The notes: generated by a model from the letters alone, not told the origin. Numbered from the stretch's first letter, positions 1 to 10,332 are shown. The stretch: 64,000 nt of DNA from an uncultured delta proteobacterium (GCA_963772835.1 CAVYYZ010000024.1:64001-128000), one strand, 5' to 3'. Program-made: numbers and translations.

Positions 1-195
1 GCGTCATCAGGTTACCCTGATTTTGCCTGTTCGTTGAGGTATGTGCTGTGGTGATACTCCTGCGGTCATCATATTGTCAATAAAAAATTAACATTTCATT
101 ACTGAATGTATCATAATTCTACGTTGCACCTCACGTAGTACTCATTATAAATTGAATTGACAATCGGCAGGAAGTTGTTATTTCTAATAAAACCT

Positions 196-1131
196 ATGAA
201 AAAGCTCCTCATCTATATAACTCTGGCTATCACCGGTTATCTACTGTACGTCGGAATCTCACTGGCGCTGATGCCACCGGTCTCCGATCTGGCTGACAGG
301 AAATTCAGTACGACCATTCAGGTCAGGGACTGGCATGGAGACTTTCATCCATTTGCAGTCGGTCCGAAAAATCGATACTGGACGCCATCCGGCCGTATCC
401 CGGCAGAGATGAAGTGGTCTGTGATTCTGGCAGAGGACTCAAATTTCTACAAGCATGAAGGCTTCGACGTCAAAGCGATCAAGAATGCCATCAAGTACGA
501 TCTGGAAAAGAAGAGCCTGAAGCGGGGCGCCTCGACTATTACCCAGCAGACTGCAAAGAACCTGTTCCTCTCCCGCGAAAAAACCGTTACGCGTAAGCTG
601 AAGGAGATCTATCTGGCCTACCGGATGGAGCAGGAATTGACAAAAGGGCGCATCGTCGAGCTGTACCTGAACGTGGTCGAGCTGGGACCGATGGTGTACG
701 GCATCGGTCATGGCGCCCAGTATTATTTCGGCAAACCGGCCTCAGCCCTGACGCCGCGTGAATGTGCTTTTCTGGCTGCCATGCTTCCCGGCCCGAGACT
801 GGCTTATAACCCCTATAAGAATCTCGGCAGGGTGCTGAAGCGTTCCGATATGATTCTGCGACTGCTCCGCCAGAATGGTGTCCTGGACGAAGCAGAGTAT
901 CAGGCAGCTCTGGCGGAGTCGCCGAATGTCGGACGCCTGCAGCAGAAGGTTGATGAGATCATCAGCGTTCCGCCGGTCTTTACATCGCCGTCATCGGCAG
1001 TAAAAGAGCCGGCCGAAAAACCTGCCCCGGCTGGCGGGGAAAAAAAGGATGTTCCGCTTGAAGCGGTACCGCCGCAATCCGGTGCACCTGTTACGACAAA
1101 TCCACCAGAAAGTATGAATGATAAAAAATGA
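196..1131 (+). CDS. mtgA: Monofunctional peptidoglycan transglycosylase (GT51)
   Basis: N-terminal TM; GT51 motifs [38 protein letters not shown]; no transpeptidase domain; ATG 196 preferred over TTG 157. Confidence 0.85.
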   Translation: MKKLLIYITLAITGYLLYVGISLALMPPVSDLADRKFSTTIQVRDWHGDFHPFAVGPKNRYWTPSGRIPAEMKWSVILAEDSNFYKHEGFDVKAIKNAIKYDLEKKSLKRGASTITQQTAKNLFLSREKTVTRKLKEIYLAYRMEQELTKGRIVELYLNVVELGPMVYGIGHGAQYYFGKPASALTPRECAFLAAMLPGPRLAYNPYKNLGRVLKRSDMILRLLRQNGVLDEAEYQAALAESPNVGRLQQKVDEIISVPPVFTSPSSAVKEPAEKPAPAGGEKKDVPLEAVPPQSGAPVTTNPPESMNDKK

Positions 1132-2179
1132 CCCGTAAAATTGATCTTAAAAACCTTACGCTTCCCGCTCTCGAGCACTTTCTCCAGGGTCAGGGCAAGG
1201 AGCGTTTTCGTGCCCTCCAGGTATTTAAATGGATCTATCAGCATGATGCCCGCAGCTTTGAGGAGATGACCAACATTTCCAAAGAGCTGCGTGCCGAACT
1301 GACGGAAACGGCCTATATCAGCAATCTGACGGCGGAGGCTGTGGAGGTGGGGGGTGACGGTACCCGCAAATACCTCTTTAACCTGGGTGACGGCCATGCT
1401 GTCGAGTCCGTGCTGATTCCTATCGAAGGAAGAAATACGGTCTGTATCTCCTCCCAGGTCGGCTGTGCCATGGCGTGCGAATTCTGCCTGACCGGCACCT
1501 TCAAGCTGTCCCGCAATCTGACAACTGCCGAGATCGTCAATCAGGTCATGGCTGTCAGACAGGATGTGCGCGAAAGCGGCGAAGAAATACGGAACATCGT
1601 GATGATGGGGATGGGCGAGCCGCTTCATAACCTGGATAACGTCATTCCGGCAATCCAGATCATGATTGACGGCAATGGGCTCCAGCTCTCAAACCGGCGG
1701 GTGACAGTCTCTACCTGCGGGCTGGTGCCGGAGATGGAACGGCTGGGGCGCGAAATACCGAACGTTAACCTGGCGGTGTCGCTCAACGCCACGACTGACG
1801 AACTGCGGAACCGTATTATGCCGGTCAACCGGAGGTATCCGCTTACAGAGCTTTTGAAAGCCTGCAGGGAGTTTCCACTTCCCGGACGGCGTAAGGTGAC
1901 GTTCGAATATGTCATGATGGGGGGGGTAAATGATTCGCTGGAGGATGCCAAGCGGCTGCTGCGTCTGATCAGTGATATCCCAACAAGGTCAACCTGATCC
2001 CCTTCAACGAGCATGAGGGATGTGGTTTCAAGGCACCAACTCAGGCGGCAATCGATGCCTTCCATACTTATCTGATCGATCGCCACGTGACGGTCATCAC
2101 CCGTGACAGCAGGGGAGGGGATATATCAGCGGCCTGCGGACAGTTGAAGGGGAAACTGGAAAAACAAAAGGCCGATTGA
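1128..2179 (+). pseudogene. rlmN: 23S rRNA/tRNA m2A methyltransferase RlmN, split by a 1-nt frameshift near 1979-1982 (real lesion or sequencing error)
   Basis: [15 protein letters not shown] radical SAM motif and MGMGEP. Frame 1 stops at 1997; the -1 frame continues [10 protein letters not shown]...DISAACGQL to TGA 2179. Confidence 0.9.
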
Positions 2180-2358
2180 ACCACAGAGCAACAGAGCAAC
2201 AGAGCAACAGAGAAAAGCAGAAATATTTGTTAAAACAGAGACACCAACTTAAACAACAAAGACCTCCGAGGCATAACGCCCGTGAGGTCTTTGTGTTTGT
2301 CAGTGGAAAATATTATTTTAAACTTGAACTTCTCAGTTGCTCTGTTGCTCTGTGGTTC
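2178..2358. repeat. Palindromic intergenic element with ACAGAGCA octamer repeats in its inverted ends
   Basis: Left GAACC(ACAGAGCA)3ACAGAGAA; right end reverse-complements to GAACCACAGAGCAACAGAGCAACTGAGAA; inner hairpin AAAGACCTC...GAGGTCTTT. Confidence 0.8.
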
Positions 2359-2367
2359 CAGCCGGCA

Positions 2368-3717
2368 TTACGCCTGTGGGCGTCTCGAACGATACTCGAT
2401 TACCGGTTCGTGGCGGGCTGCAGGTGCAGTACGCGGGGCACTTCCGGCAGGTTTTGCCGATTTGCTCCAGGACTTTGCCTGGCCGTCGCGACCGCCGCCC
2501 GGTTTGCCGAAACGGCCCGCTGGTCCGCCGGGTCCGCTTTTACGGGGTCCGCCGCTGCGGCCGGCCGGTTTCCTGATGGAGGTTGACGGCTCATGGCCGG
2601 CGATCTGAAGCTCCGGCAGTTTTTTCCCGATGAAGCGTTCAATGCGCTCCAGATAATTGCGTTCGCCGGCTGATGCGAATGAAATGGCAATGCCGGTTGC
2701 TCCGGCGCGACCGGTACGGCCGATACGGTGAACGTAATCTTCAGCAAAACGCGGAAGGTCGAAGTTGATAACATGGCTGATTCCACTTACGTCCAGACCG
2801 CGGGCAGCTACATCAGTCGCCACCAGCAGGCGGATACCGCCGCGACGCATGCGATCGATAGTCTTGTTGCGGGCCATCTGGGTCATGTCGCCGTGCAGGG
2901 CTGCTGCAGGGTAGCCGTTGCGGGAGAGTTCACGGGAAATTTCGTCAGCATCACGTTTGGTCGCTGAGAAGATAATGGCACGGGTCAGCTCAGAGTCGCT
3001 GACGAGATGATTAAGGAGCTCTTTTTTGTGGTTCAGGTTGTCGGTAACATGCAGACGCTGCTCGATCAGCGGGATAGATGAGGTGCTGACGGCAAGCTGC
3101 ACACGCTTCGGTTCGCGCATCATTTTTTCGGCCAGTCGTGCGATGTCACCTTCCATGGTGGCGGTGAACATAAGAGTCTGGCGATCGGAAGGGGCGCGCG
3201 AAACGATCTTGTTGATGTCTTCGCTGAAACCCATGTCGAGCATGCGGTCGGCTTCATCAAGAATCAGCAGTTCAAGCCGGTCGAGACGAATGCTGCCGCG
3301 CTCAATATGGTCTACCAGACGTCCCGGGGTGGCTACGATAATATCTACCGGTGCAGAAAGCAGGCGCAGCTGCTCGCGGTAGGGCATGCCGCCCAGCAGG
3401 GTGCCGCAGCGGGGGCGGATACCGCGCCCGTAATTTCGTGCAGACTCCATAACCTGTCCTGCCAGTTCGCGGGTCGGTGCCAAAACAAGAACACGCGGAC
3501 CTTTTCCCTGCAGCGTAGATTTTTTCGTCAGGAGCTCGAGCGCAGGCAGTACGAAAGCGGCGGTCTTGCCTGTGCCGGTCTGGGCAGTGGCAATCACGTC
3601 GTGTCCTGCCAGTACCAGAGGGATTGATTGTTCCTGAATGGGGGTCGGGGTTGTGTAACCACAGGCGGTAACAGCCTGGAGGATGGCCGGGTTAAGGCCC
3701 AGTTCTTCAAACGTCAT
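2368..3717 (-). CDS. DEAD-box ATP-dependent RNA helicase (RhlE-like)
   Basis: Q motif PTPIQ, AQTGTGKT, PTRELA, DEAD, ARGLD, HRIGRTGR, basic Gly-rich tail; start MTFEELGL. Confidence 0.93.
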   Translation of the reverse strand: MTFEELGLNPAILQAVTACGYTTPTPIQEQSIPLVLAGHDVIATAQTGTGKTAAFVLPALELLTKKSTLQGKGPRVLVLAPTRELAGQVMESARNYGRGIRPRCGTLLGGMPYREQLRLLSAPVDIIVATPGRLVDHIERGSIRLDRLELLILDEADRMLDMGFSEDINKIVSRAPSDRQTLMFTATMEGDIARLAEKMMREPKRVQLAVSTSSIPLIEQRLHVTDNLNHKKELLNHLVSDSELTRAIIFSATKRDADEISRELSRNGYPAAALHGDMTQMARNKTIDRMRRGGIRLLVATDVAARGLDVSGISHVINFDLPRFAEDYVHRIGRTGRAGATGIAISFASAGERNYLERIERFIGKKLPELQIAGHEPSTSIRKPAGRSGGPRKSGPGGPAGRFGKPGGGRDGQAKSWSKSAKPAGSAPRTAPAARHEPVIEYRSRRPQA

Positions 3718-4113
3718 GTAAATTCCTTTTCTGGGAGCGGTGTAAAGACAATAGCGCACACGAACCGGGGAATCAAACAGATGATTCCAGGAATTGGGAC
3801 ATGCAGTAACGTGCGGGCAGACAATAAATCTTCGCCTGCCGTACGGTCTGCTTGTTTCAATCGGAATTGAAGATGGATTGAAGGTACAGGGGGGGCAGAA
3901 TGCGATGATCAAAAGAAAAACAACGGACACCATACCGTCGCTTCATATGCTACAACAATTCAGTACCATATATGCTTATTGTATTAAAAGCAAGCTATTA
4001 TTTAATGCCGGATGTGCAGATTACGTATACGTCTGATTCTGCTCTTGTACATTGATCCTGCAACGTGATACCGTTGCTCAGTTTATTATCAAGACGTTTA
4101 AGAGGAGCATCGC

Positions 4114-5223
4114 GTGTCAAAACAGTTTGTCAGCCTGATAAAAGATCGTGATCCGGTTAATTCCGTATTTCTGGTTAAGGATAAGATTCTTGCAATGGCC
4201 AAGAACGGCAAGCCGTATATGAACCTGCGCCTGATGGATAAGAGCGGCGATATTGAAGCGAAGGTATGGGACAATACCGAACTGCTCGACAAACAGTTTG
4301 ACAAGGATGATTTTGTCAGCGTGCGTGGTAAGGCCTCGGTATACATGAATAAAATGCAGGTTGTCATTGCAGAGATCGTCAAGGTGCCCGAGGAACAGGT
4401 CGTACTGGCTGATTTTCTTCCAATGTCACTTCGTGACGGAGCCGAGATGCGGCAGGAATTGAACGACACGGTTGCCGCGCTTGGCAATCCTCATCTCCGC
4501 GCCTTGATGGAGGCCTTTCTGGCTGATGCGCCGTTTATGAGCCAGTACTGTCTGGCGCCGGCCGCTAAAGGGATGCATCACGTCTATCTGGGCGGACTTC
4601 TGGAGCATTCGCTCTCACTGGTCAGGTTAACCAAGGCCATTGTTCCACTGTACGGAGGCATCAACGAAGATCTGCTGACCGTCGGTTCACTGCTGCACGA
4701 TGTCGGCAAGATCTATGAAATGAGTTTTGAGCGGGCTTTTGATTATACCGACGCAGGTAAACTTCTGGGGCATATTACGATCGGTGTGGAGCTGGTCGAT
4801 GAAAAAATCCGTCAGGTGGAAGGTTTCCCGCGAGAGTTGGCGCTGCTGCTCAAGCATATGCTGCTTTCCCACCATGGTCAGTACGAATACGGTTCGCCCA
4901 AGCGCCCAAAGACGATTGAAGCGACTATTCTGAATTATCTGGATGATCTCGACTCGAAGATCAACGGCATCCAGGCTCACATAGCCAAAGAAACCGCATC
5001 GACGTCACGCTGGACCGCACACCACCGCTTGTATGACCGCTATTTTTTCAAGAGCAACGGAATGGACGGGGAGAGTGGTGAGGATCAAGAGGTGGTGTGT
5101 GTGCAGGATGAAACCTGCCAGTCCGTGCCTCCGGAACCGGTGGCAGAGCCCGGAGAACGAAAGGAGCGGCAGTCGTTCAACAATCAGCCGCTTAAGGCGC
5201 TGGAAAATTTGAAACTGTTTTAA
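4114..5223 (+). CDS. yhaM: OB-fold + HD-domain 3'-5' exoribonuclease, YhaM/Cbf family
   Basis: N-terminal OB fold, PAAKGMHHVYLGGLLEH, LLHDVGK, LSHHGQYEYGSP; GTG start. Confidence 0.85.
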   Translation: MSKQFVSLIKDRDPVNSVFLVKDKILAMAKNGKPYMNLRLMDKSGDIEAKVWDNTELLDKQFDKDDFVSVRGKASVYMNKMQVVIAEIVKVPEEQVVLADFLPMSLRDGAEMRQELNDTVAALGNPHLRALMEAFLADAPFMSQYCLAPAAKGMHHVYLGGLLEHSLSLVRLTKAIVPLYGGINEDLLTVGSLLHDVGKIYEMSFERAFDYTDAGKLLGHITIGVELVDEKIRQVEGFPRELALLLKHMLLSHHGQYEYGSPKRPKTIEATILNYLDDLDSKINGIQAHIAKETASTSRWTAHHRLYDRYFFKSNGMDGESGEDQEVVCVQDETCQSVPPEPVAEPGERKERQSFNNQPLKALENLKLF

Positions 5224-5238
5224 TTGCCGGGGCTGTAT

Positions 5239-6681
5239 TCAGCCCCGTTTCATCTCTATCTGCAGCTCGGAAATTTTCTTCCGCAACGTATTCCGGTTGA
5301 TTCCCAGTATGTCGGCGGCTTTTACCTGGTTCCAGCGGCATTTCTCCAGCACAAGGCGGATCAGCGGCCGCTCGACCTGCTCCAGCACCATGGCATGAAT
5401 ATCCCCCTTTTCAAGCCCCTCAATCCCGTTCATACAGGATCGCAACTTCAGATCGACCAGGGCTTCCAGCGAGGTTTCGCGGGAGTCTGTCTGCGGAAGT
5501 TCATTCACGGGGAGTAGACCCCCGAAATCATGCGCTGTCAGCAGCGGATCATTTGAGAGTATCACGGCCCGCTTGACGGAATTTTCAAGCTCACGCACGT
5601 TGCCGGGCCAGGGATATTTTTTGAGAAGTTCCAGCGCGTCATCGGTCAACCGTTTTGGGGAAACTGACATCTCTGTGCATGAACGGGTCAGAAAATAAGT
5701 AGCCAGAGCGGGGATGTCATCACGTCGTTCACGCAGCGGTGCAAGAGTGATCGGCACAACATTCAGGCGATAGTACAGGTCTTCGCGAAATTCCTTCAGG
5801 CGCACTTTTTCAACGAGTGATTGATTGGTCGCTGCGACAATTCTGACATCCACGGGTATATTCTGGTTTCCGCCGATTCGCGTGACCTCCTGCTCCTGCA
5901 GAACCCGTAAAATTTTAGCCTGCAGGTCAAGCGGCATATCCCCGATTTCATCCAGAAAGAGAGTGCCATGGTTGGCCTGCTCAAATTTGCCCTGCTTCCG
6001 TTCTCCGGCACCGGTGAAGGCCCCTTTTTCGGAGCCGAACAGCTCGCTTTCGAGCAGATCGCGAGGTATGGCGGCGCAGTTGATTGCAACGAACGGCTTC
6101 CCGAGGCGCTCCGAATTGAAATGGACGGCCCGCGCCACCAACTCCTTGCCGGTGCCGGATTCCCCTTGAATTAAAATGGTGACATCGCTTACCGCCACCT
6201 TGCCGATGGTTTTGTACACATCCTGCATGGCAGCAGAATTTCCGACGATATTTTTTTCGACCTGGTAGCGTTCTTTCAGTTCCTGTTTGAGAGTGACTAC
6301 CTGGCCTGCAATATCACGGGCCCTGCCGACCTTTTCGATGATGGCATCGATTACATCCAGGTCAAACGGTTTGGTGATGTAGTCGTATGCGCCGCGCTTC
6401 ATCGCCTCCACCGCATTTTTCATGCTGGCTTCGGCGGTCATGATGACCACAAGCAGATCTTTATTCATGTCGCGGACCTTGTCCAGAAGATCAAGTCCGG
6501 TGATACCGGGCATCTTGATATCAAGGATGGCCAGATCGTAGCAGTTGTCTTTGATCAGTTCCAGTGCATGACGGCCGTCATGCGCCAGATCCACACTGAA
6601 ACCTTTCTGCTTGAGGGCCTTTGAAAGCACCCAGCGGATGCTTTCTTCATCGTCGGCTACCAGTATTCTGTTAAGCGGCAT
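5239..6681 (-). CDS. ntrC: Sigma54-dependent response regulator, NtrC-like (probably equivalent to Geobacter GnfM)
   Basis: REC (ADDE, LDIKMP), GESGTGKE, GAFTGA, WPGNVREL, C-terminal Fis HTH; downstream of dusB-ntrB. Confidence 0.85.
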   Translation of the reverse strand: MPLNRILVADDEESIRWVLSKALKQKGFSVDLAHDGRHALELIKDNCYDLAILDIKMPGITGLDLLDKVRDMNKDLLVVIMTAEASMKNAVEAMKRGAYDYITKPFDLDVIDAIIEKVGRARDIAGQVVTLKQELKERYQVEKNIVGNSAAMQDVYKTIGKVAVSDVTILIQGESGTGKELVARAVHFNSERLGKPFVAINCAAIPRDLLESELFGSEKGAFTGAGERKQGKFEQANHGTLFLDEIGDMPLDLQAKILRVLQEQEVTRIGGNQNIPVDVRIVAATNQSLVEKVRLKEFREDLYYRLNVVPITLAPLRERRDDIPALATYFLTRSCTEMSVSPKRLTDDALELLKKYPWPGNVRELENSVKRAVILSNDPLLTAHDFGGLLPVNELPQTDSRETSLEALVDLKLRSCMNGIEGLEKGDIHAMVLEQVERPLIRLVLEKCRWNQVKAADILGINRNTLRKKISELQIEMKRG

Positions 6682-6702
6682 AGGGGACCTCATTTTTGGT
6701 AA

Positions 6703-6754
6703 ATAGTGAAAGGTGAAGAGAACGTAAAAAACGTTTCACTATTCACCCTTCACT
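6703..6754. repeat. Imperfect hairpin built from GTGAA-containing short repeats
   Basis: AGTGAAAGGTGAAGAGAACGT-AAAAA-ACGTTTCACTATTCACCCTTCACT between ntrB and ntrC. Confidence 0.55.
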
Positions 6755-6760
6755 CTGTAA

Positions 6761-7855
6761 TTAACGTACCAGCGGCAGCAATACCGTGAATTTTGTTCCA
6801 TGTCCCGGGTCCGACTCGGCCTTGATCATCCCGCGATGCTCCGAGACGATTTTATGGCAGATCGTCAACCCCAGGCCTGTACCACCTGATTTTGTACTGA
6901 AAAACGGAGTCCAGATATTTTCCAGATCCTCCTGCGGTATGCCTGGGCCGTCGTCACCGACTTCGATGGCAACCATACGGGAGTGCCGCTCGTTCTGTGT
7001 CATGCGATAATCGGCAAGGACTCTGCTTGATACGGTCAGGCGGCCGTCAGCACCCATGGCATCGATGGCGTTGCACACAAGGTTCAGAAACAGTCGCGTC
7101 AACATCTCCTCATCAGCCATAATATCCGGGATGCTGGGGTCAAAATGCTGAATGAATGTAATAGCCCGGTCGGCAACCCCCTGCTTCTGAAGCAATAAAA
7201 TATCCCCCAGGATCCTGTGCAGATTTACGGGAGAAAGTTTAAGCGCCCGCGGGGAGGCAAGTTCAAGCAACTCGCGGATAATATGGTCGATACGCTCGGT
7301 TTCACGGATCATAACCCGGGTATACTCGAGCATTTCGCTCTTCGGCTCAAATTCCCGTTCCAGAAGCTGGGCAGCACCTTTGATGCCTCCCAGAGGGTTT
7401 TTAACTTCATGAGCCAGTCCGGCGGCCAGCGTGCCGAGCGTGGAAAGGCGGTCAGCCTGACGTACCGCTGCCTCAAGCTCCCGGATGTACGTGATGTCTT
7501 TCAGTGTCAGTATCGCACCGATATTTTCTCCGCTCCCTTCAACCAGCGGGTAGCAGGTAACGGCAACAGGAGTAATTCTTCCCGTCGAACGGACAACGAC
7601 ATTTTCATGGTCCGAGATGGTGATGCCGGTCCGCATGGTCTTGGCCAGCATCTCGATCAATGTCGTTTCAAGCGCAAACAGTTTTTCGAACTCCTCTCCA
7701 AGCGCCTGCTTTTGAGAGAACCCGGAAATTTCTTCGGCCGCAGGATTGCACAGGGTAATCCTGCCGTTGCTTCCGACAACGATAACACCGTCTCCAACAC
7801 TGTCGATCACGGTGGCGTAATAATCATCTCGTGTTTTCTGCTGTTCACTCTGCAT
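6761..7855 (-). CDS. ntrB: PAS-domain sensor histidine kinase, NtrB-like
   Basis: PAS, H-box LAHEVKNPL, N/G boxes (NAIDA, DDGPGI, GTGLGL). Confidence 0.85.
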   Translation of the reverse strand: MQSEQQKTRDDYYATVIDSVGDGVIVVGSNGRITLCNPAAEEISGFSQKQALGEEFEKLFALETTLIEMLAKTMRTGITISDHENVVVRSTGRITPVAVTCYPLVEGSGENIGAILTLKDITYIRELEAAVRQADRLSTLGTLAAGLAHEVKNPLGGIKGAAQLLEREFEPKSEMLEYTRVMIRETERIDHIIRELLELASPRALKLSPVNLHRILGDILLLQKQGVADRAITFIQHFDPSIPDIMADEEMLTRLFLNLVCNAIDAMGADGRLTVSSRVLADYRMTQNERHSRMVAIEVGDDGPGIPQEDLENIWTPFFSTKSGGTGLGLTICHKIVSEHRGMIKAESDPGHGTKFTVLLPLVR

Positions 7856-8849
7856 CTGTGTCTGAAGCGTGCCCCGGGTTATCCGGTATGCTCCGTATCC
7901 TTTCGGTCAGGGACTGTACGTCATGAATTGACTGGGCTGAATTGGCGGTCCGCCGGATTTCAGAAGCGCCGGCGAATCCTTTGGCATACCAGCCGATATG
8001 TTTCTTTATCTCCCGGACGGCAACAGTTTCGCCCCGGTCATCTGTTAGCCGGTTCAGATGTTTTTCAATTGTATCTGCCCGTTCCGCAGTGGTAACTGGG
8101 GAGTAACCGCCGGACAGTCCCAGTTCCCGGACCTGCCTGAAAATCCAGGGGTTGCCGAGTGCCCCGCGCGCTATCATGATACCGTCACAGCCGGTCTCGC
8201 GCAGCATCCGCAGACAGTCTTCGGGCGTAAACAGGTCTCCGCTCCCCAAAACGGGGATTGAGAGGGAGTCTTTCATTTCTTTCAGTTGGGTCCAGTCTGC
8301 ATGACCGGAAAACATTAGAGACCGGCTTCGCGGGTGCAGAGTGACGGCATCACACCCTTCGGACTCCGCTATGCGGCCGACTTCCAGAAAAACGTTGTCG
8401 CCGCAGTGCCAGCCTGAACGGATCTTTATGGTCAGAGGCAGTGTGGTTGCTGCGCGCACGGCACGAACGATGGCGGCAATTTTGAGTGGATCCTGCAGCA
8501 GTGCACTGCCGGCACCGGTTCCTACGACTTTTCGCACCGGGCAGCCCATGTTGATGTCCAGCAGGTCGCCGTATCCTTCCACCATTCTCGCAGCTTCAGC
8601 CAGATCCAAAGGATTATCGCCGAACAGCTGGATCCCGAGTGGCCGATCCGCAGGGGAGCTTTTCAGGAGGGCCAGCGTCTTGATCCCTTCGCGAACCAAT
8701 CCGTTGACACTGACCATTTCGGTGTAGGCCAGTGAAGCTCCGGCCTCGCGACAGATCAATCGGAACGGTAGATTTGTAATTCCCGCCAGGGGTGCAAGCA
8801 CGACATTGTGCCGAAGGGCGAGAGAGCCAATTGTTAATGGTTTTAGCAT
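7845..8849 (-). CDS. dusB: tRNA-dihydrouridine synthase DusB (NifR3 family)
   Basis: LAPLAG, DINMGCP, KIRSG, ARGALGNPW; classic dusB-ntrB-ntrC order. Confidence 0.9.
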   Translation of the reverse strand: MLKPLTIGSLALRHNVVLAPLAGITNLPFRLICREAGASLAYTEMVSVNGLVREGIKTLALLKSSPADRPLGIQLFGDNPLDLAEAARMVEGYGDLLDINMGCPVRKVVGTGAGSALLQDPLKIAAIVRAVRAATTLPLTIKIRSGWHCGDNVFLEVGRIAESEGCDAVTLHPRSRSLMFSGHADWTQLKEMKDSLSIPVLGSGDLFTPEDCLRMLRETGCDGIMIARGALGNPWIFRQVRELGLSGGYSPVTTAERADTIEKHLNRLTDDRGETVAVREIKKHIGWYAKGFAGASEIRRTANSAQSIHDVQSLTERIRSIPDNPGHASDTDAE

Positions 8850-9029
8850 GATACACACTGACGACACGAACCGGGAGGGAGAATAACGGTACATCGATGC
8901 CTATTTTTTGGGCATAGTAGCACAGCCGGGATAAATGGCAAGGGCAAAAAGCAGATTTTTATTGCCAACAGGCTGATTTCCGTTTTTAATACACGCAATA
9001 CTCAAGCTGTCTGCGATAGGAGAACTGCG

Positions 9030-9317
9030 ATGTTTGGAATCGGCATGCCGGAAATGATAATTATTCTCGTGATAGCCCTGATTGTCATCGGGCCGCAGAA
9101 GCTGCCTGAATTGGCCAAGTCGCTCGGTAAGGGACTGGCTGAATTTAAAAAAGCCACAGACGACTTCCAGAAAAACGTTCAGGAAGAATCCCGAAAGAGT
9201 GAAGAAAAAGAGGCGGTCTCGCCTCAAGTTGCGACAGTCGTGACGCCACATGAGGCGACACCCGCCCCGGATCCTCATGCCGCTCCGGTTGAGAAGAAGA
9301 GTAATGTGCCGTCATAA
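9030..9317 (+). CDS. tatB: Twin-arginine translocase TatA/TatB-family subunit
   Basis: [23 protein letters not shown] amphipathic helix; the GPxxLP hinge is TatB-like. Confidence 0.75.
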   Translation: MFGIGMPEMIIILVIALIVIGPQKLPELAKSLGKGLAEFKKATDDFQKNVQEESRKSEEKEAVSPQVATVVTPHEATPAPDPHAAPVEKKSNVPS

Positions 9318-9345
9318 TCCCACGGTATGACATGTGAACTCATTA

Positions 9346-9380
9346 GAAAAAGGGGGATGCTTCCGGCATCCCCCTTTTTC
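9346..9380. terminator. Bidirectional intrinsic terminator
   Basis: GAAAAAGGGGGATGC-TTCCG-GCATCCCCCTTTTTC between convergent genes. Confidence 0.85.
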
Positions 9381-9422
9381 TATATATGTGAACGGAGCCC
9401 ATGTCCGATGCCCGTTATATTT

Positions 9423-10013
9423 CTACGCCACTGTCACTTCACGATGTTTTGGGAATAATCCCTGCGGTCTGTAGCCATCCACCACAACCTCGAGGCGTCC
9501 GTCGTTTGGACAGAAAATCAGCCCGTGGATCGGGACGTCTGCCGGTATGAGGGGGTTTGCACGGATTTTCCCCACCACGTCACATACGTTTTCTTCCGGG
9601 CAGGAAAAGGCGCCAAGCCACTGTGCCAAATCAGGAACAAGGGTCTCAATTGCCTCGGGTGAAACTCCGCGGGCGATCATGTCGTTTCGCAGCTTTTCCG
9701 GATGGACATCTGACATGCCGCAATCTTCGTGGCCGATAACAAAGACTTCTTCTACCCCCAGCATGAAAATGGCCGCAACCAGACTGCGGATAACCCCGCC
9801 CCGGAGAGGGTCCACCAGGATGTTGCCGGCGTTCTTGATAACCTTTGCATCTCCGCGTTTTATTCCCATGGCCGGCTCCAGAAAGTCAACCAGTCGTGTG
9901 TCCATACAGGTGAAGATGGCAAACTGCTTTTTCGGGTTTTTCGGGAGCGGCGAAAATGCTCCCGGGTGGACAAACTTCCGGTTCACGGTAAGGATGGAAT
10001 CGAGCAGGTTCAT
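9423..10013 (-). CDS. Beta-class carbonic anhydrase
   Basis: Zn ligand motifs CMDTR and HEDCG; KNAGN. Confidence 0.9.
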   Translation of the reverse strand: MNLLDSILTVNRKFVHPGAFSPLPKNPKKQFAIFTCMDTRLVDFLEPAMGIKRGDAKVIKNAGNILVDPLRGGVIRSLVAAIFMLGVEEVFVIGHEDCGMSDVHPEKLRNDMIARGVSPEAIETLVPDLAQWLGAFSCPEENVCDVVGKIRANPLIPADVPIHGLIFCPNDGRLEVVVDGYRPQGLFPKHREVTVA

Positions 10014-10125
10014 AGCAGTACCCTCACTTATATCGTCATAGTTTTTTACGTTCGGATTCCTGTGCCGCTTCGTTTTGTTTGGTGCGACTGAGAGTCGTGG
10101 CAGAGTTTAAAACACCCCATGCCGT

Positions 10126-10317
10126 TAATTAGTTTCCGTCCGGAAAGGGTTCTTTTTCGCCATGCCCGCGTCAACCTTCATTCAGGCTTGCTTGTGCGAC
10201 GTACCCATGTACGCCTCCGCGCAACCCCTCGAATTCCTTCTCATGACAAAAAATTCCTCCTTACCGAATCGTAAACCAACAGTTTCTCATCCGGTGTTTC
10301 CGGATGGAAACTAATTA
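10126..10317. mobile_element. Putative 192-bp MITE
   Basis: 21-bp terminal inverted repeats TAATTAGTTTCCGTCCGGAAA / TTTCCGGATGGAAACTAATTA (1 mismatch); non-coding interior. Confidence 0.7.
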
Positions 10318-10332
10318 TTAGTAGGACATCGG

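Noticed and set aside
1971..1997. Programmed -1 frameshift in rlmN
   Set aside because: No X_XXY_YYZ slippery heptamer at the shift site, and I know of no recoding in rlmN; a simple indel is more likely
2183..2214. Possible CRISPR array
   Set aside because: 8-bp tandem units with no spacers, and no cas genes in the window
2176..2608. ORFs 2176..2586, 2282..2608 and 2337..2576
   Set aside because: They translate the octamer repeat element and the antisense strand of the helicase tail
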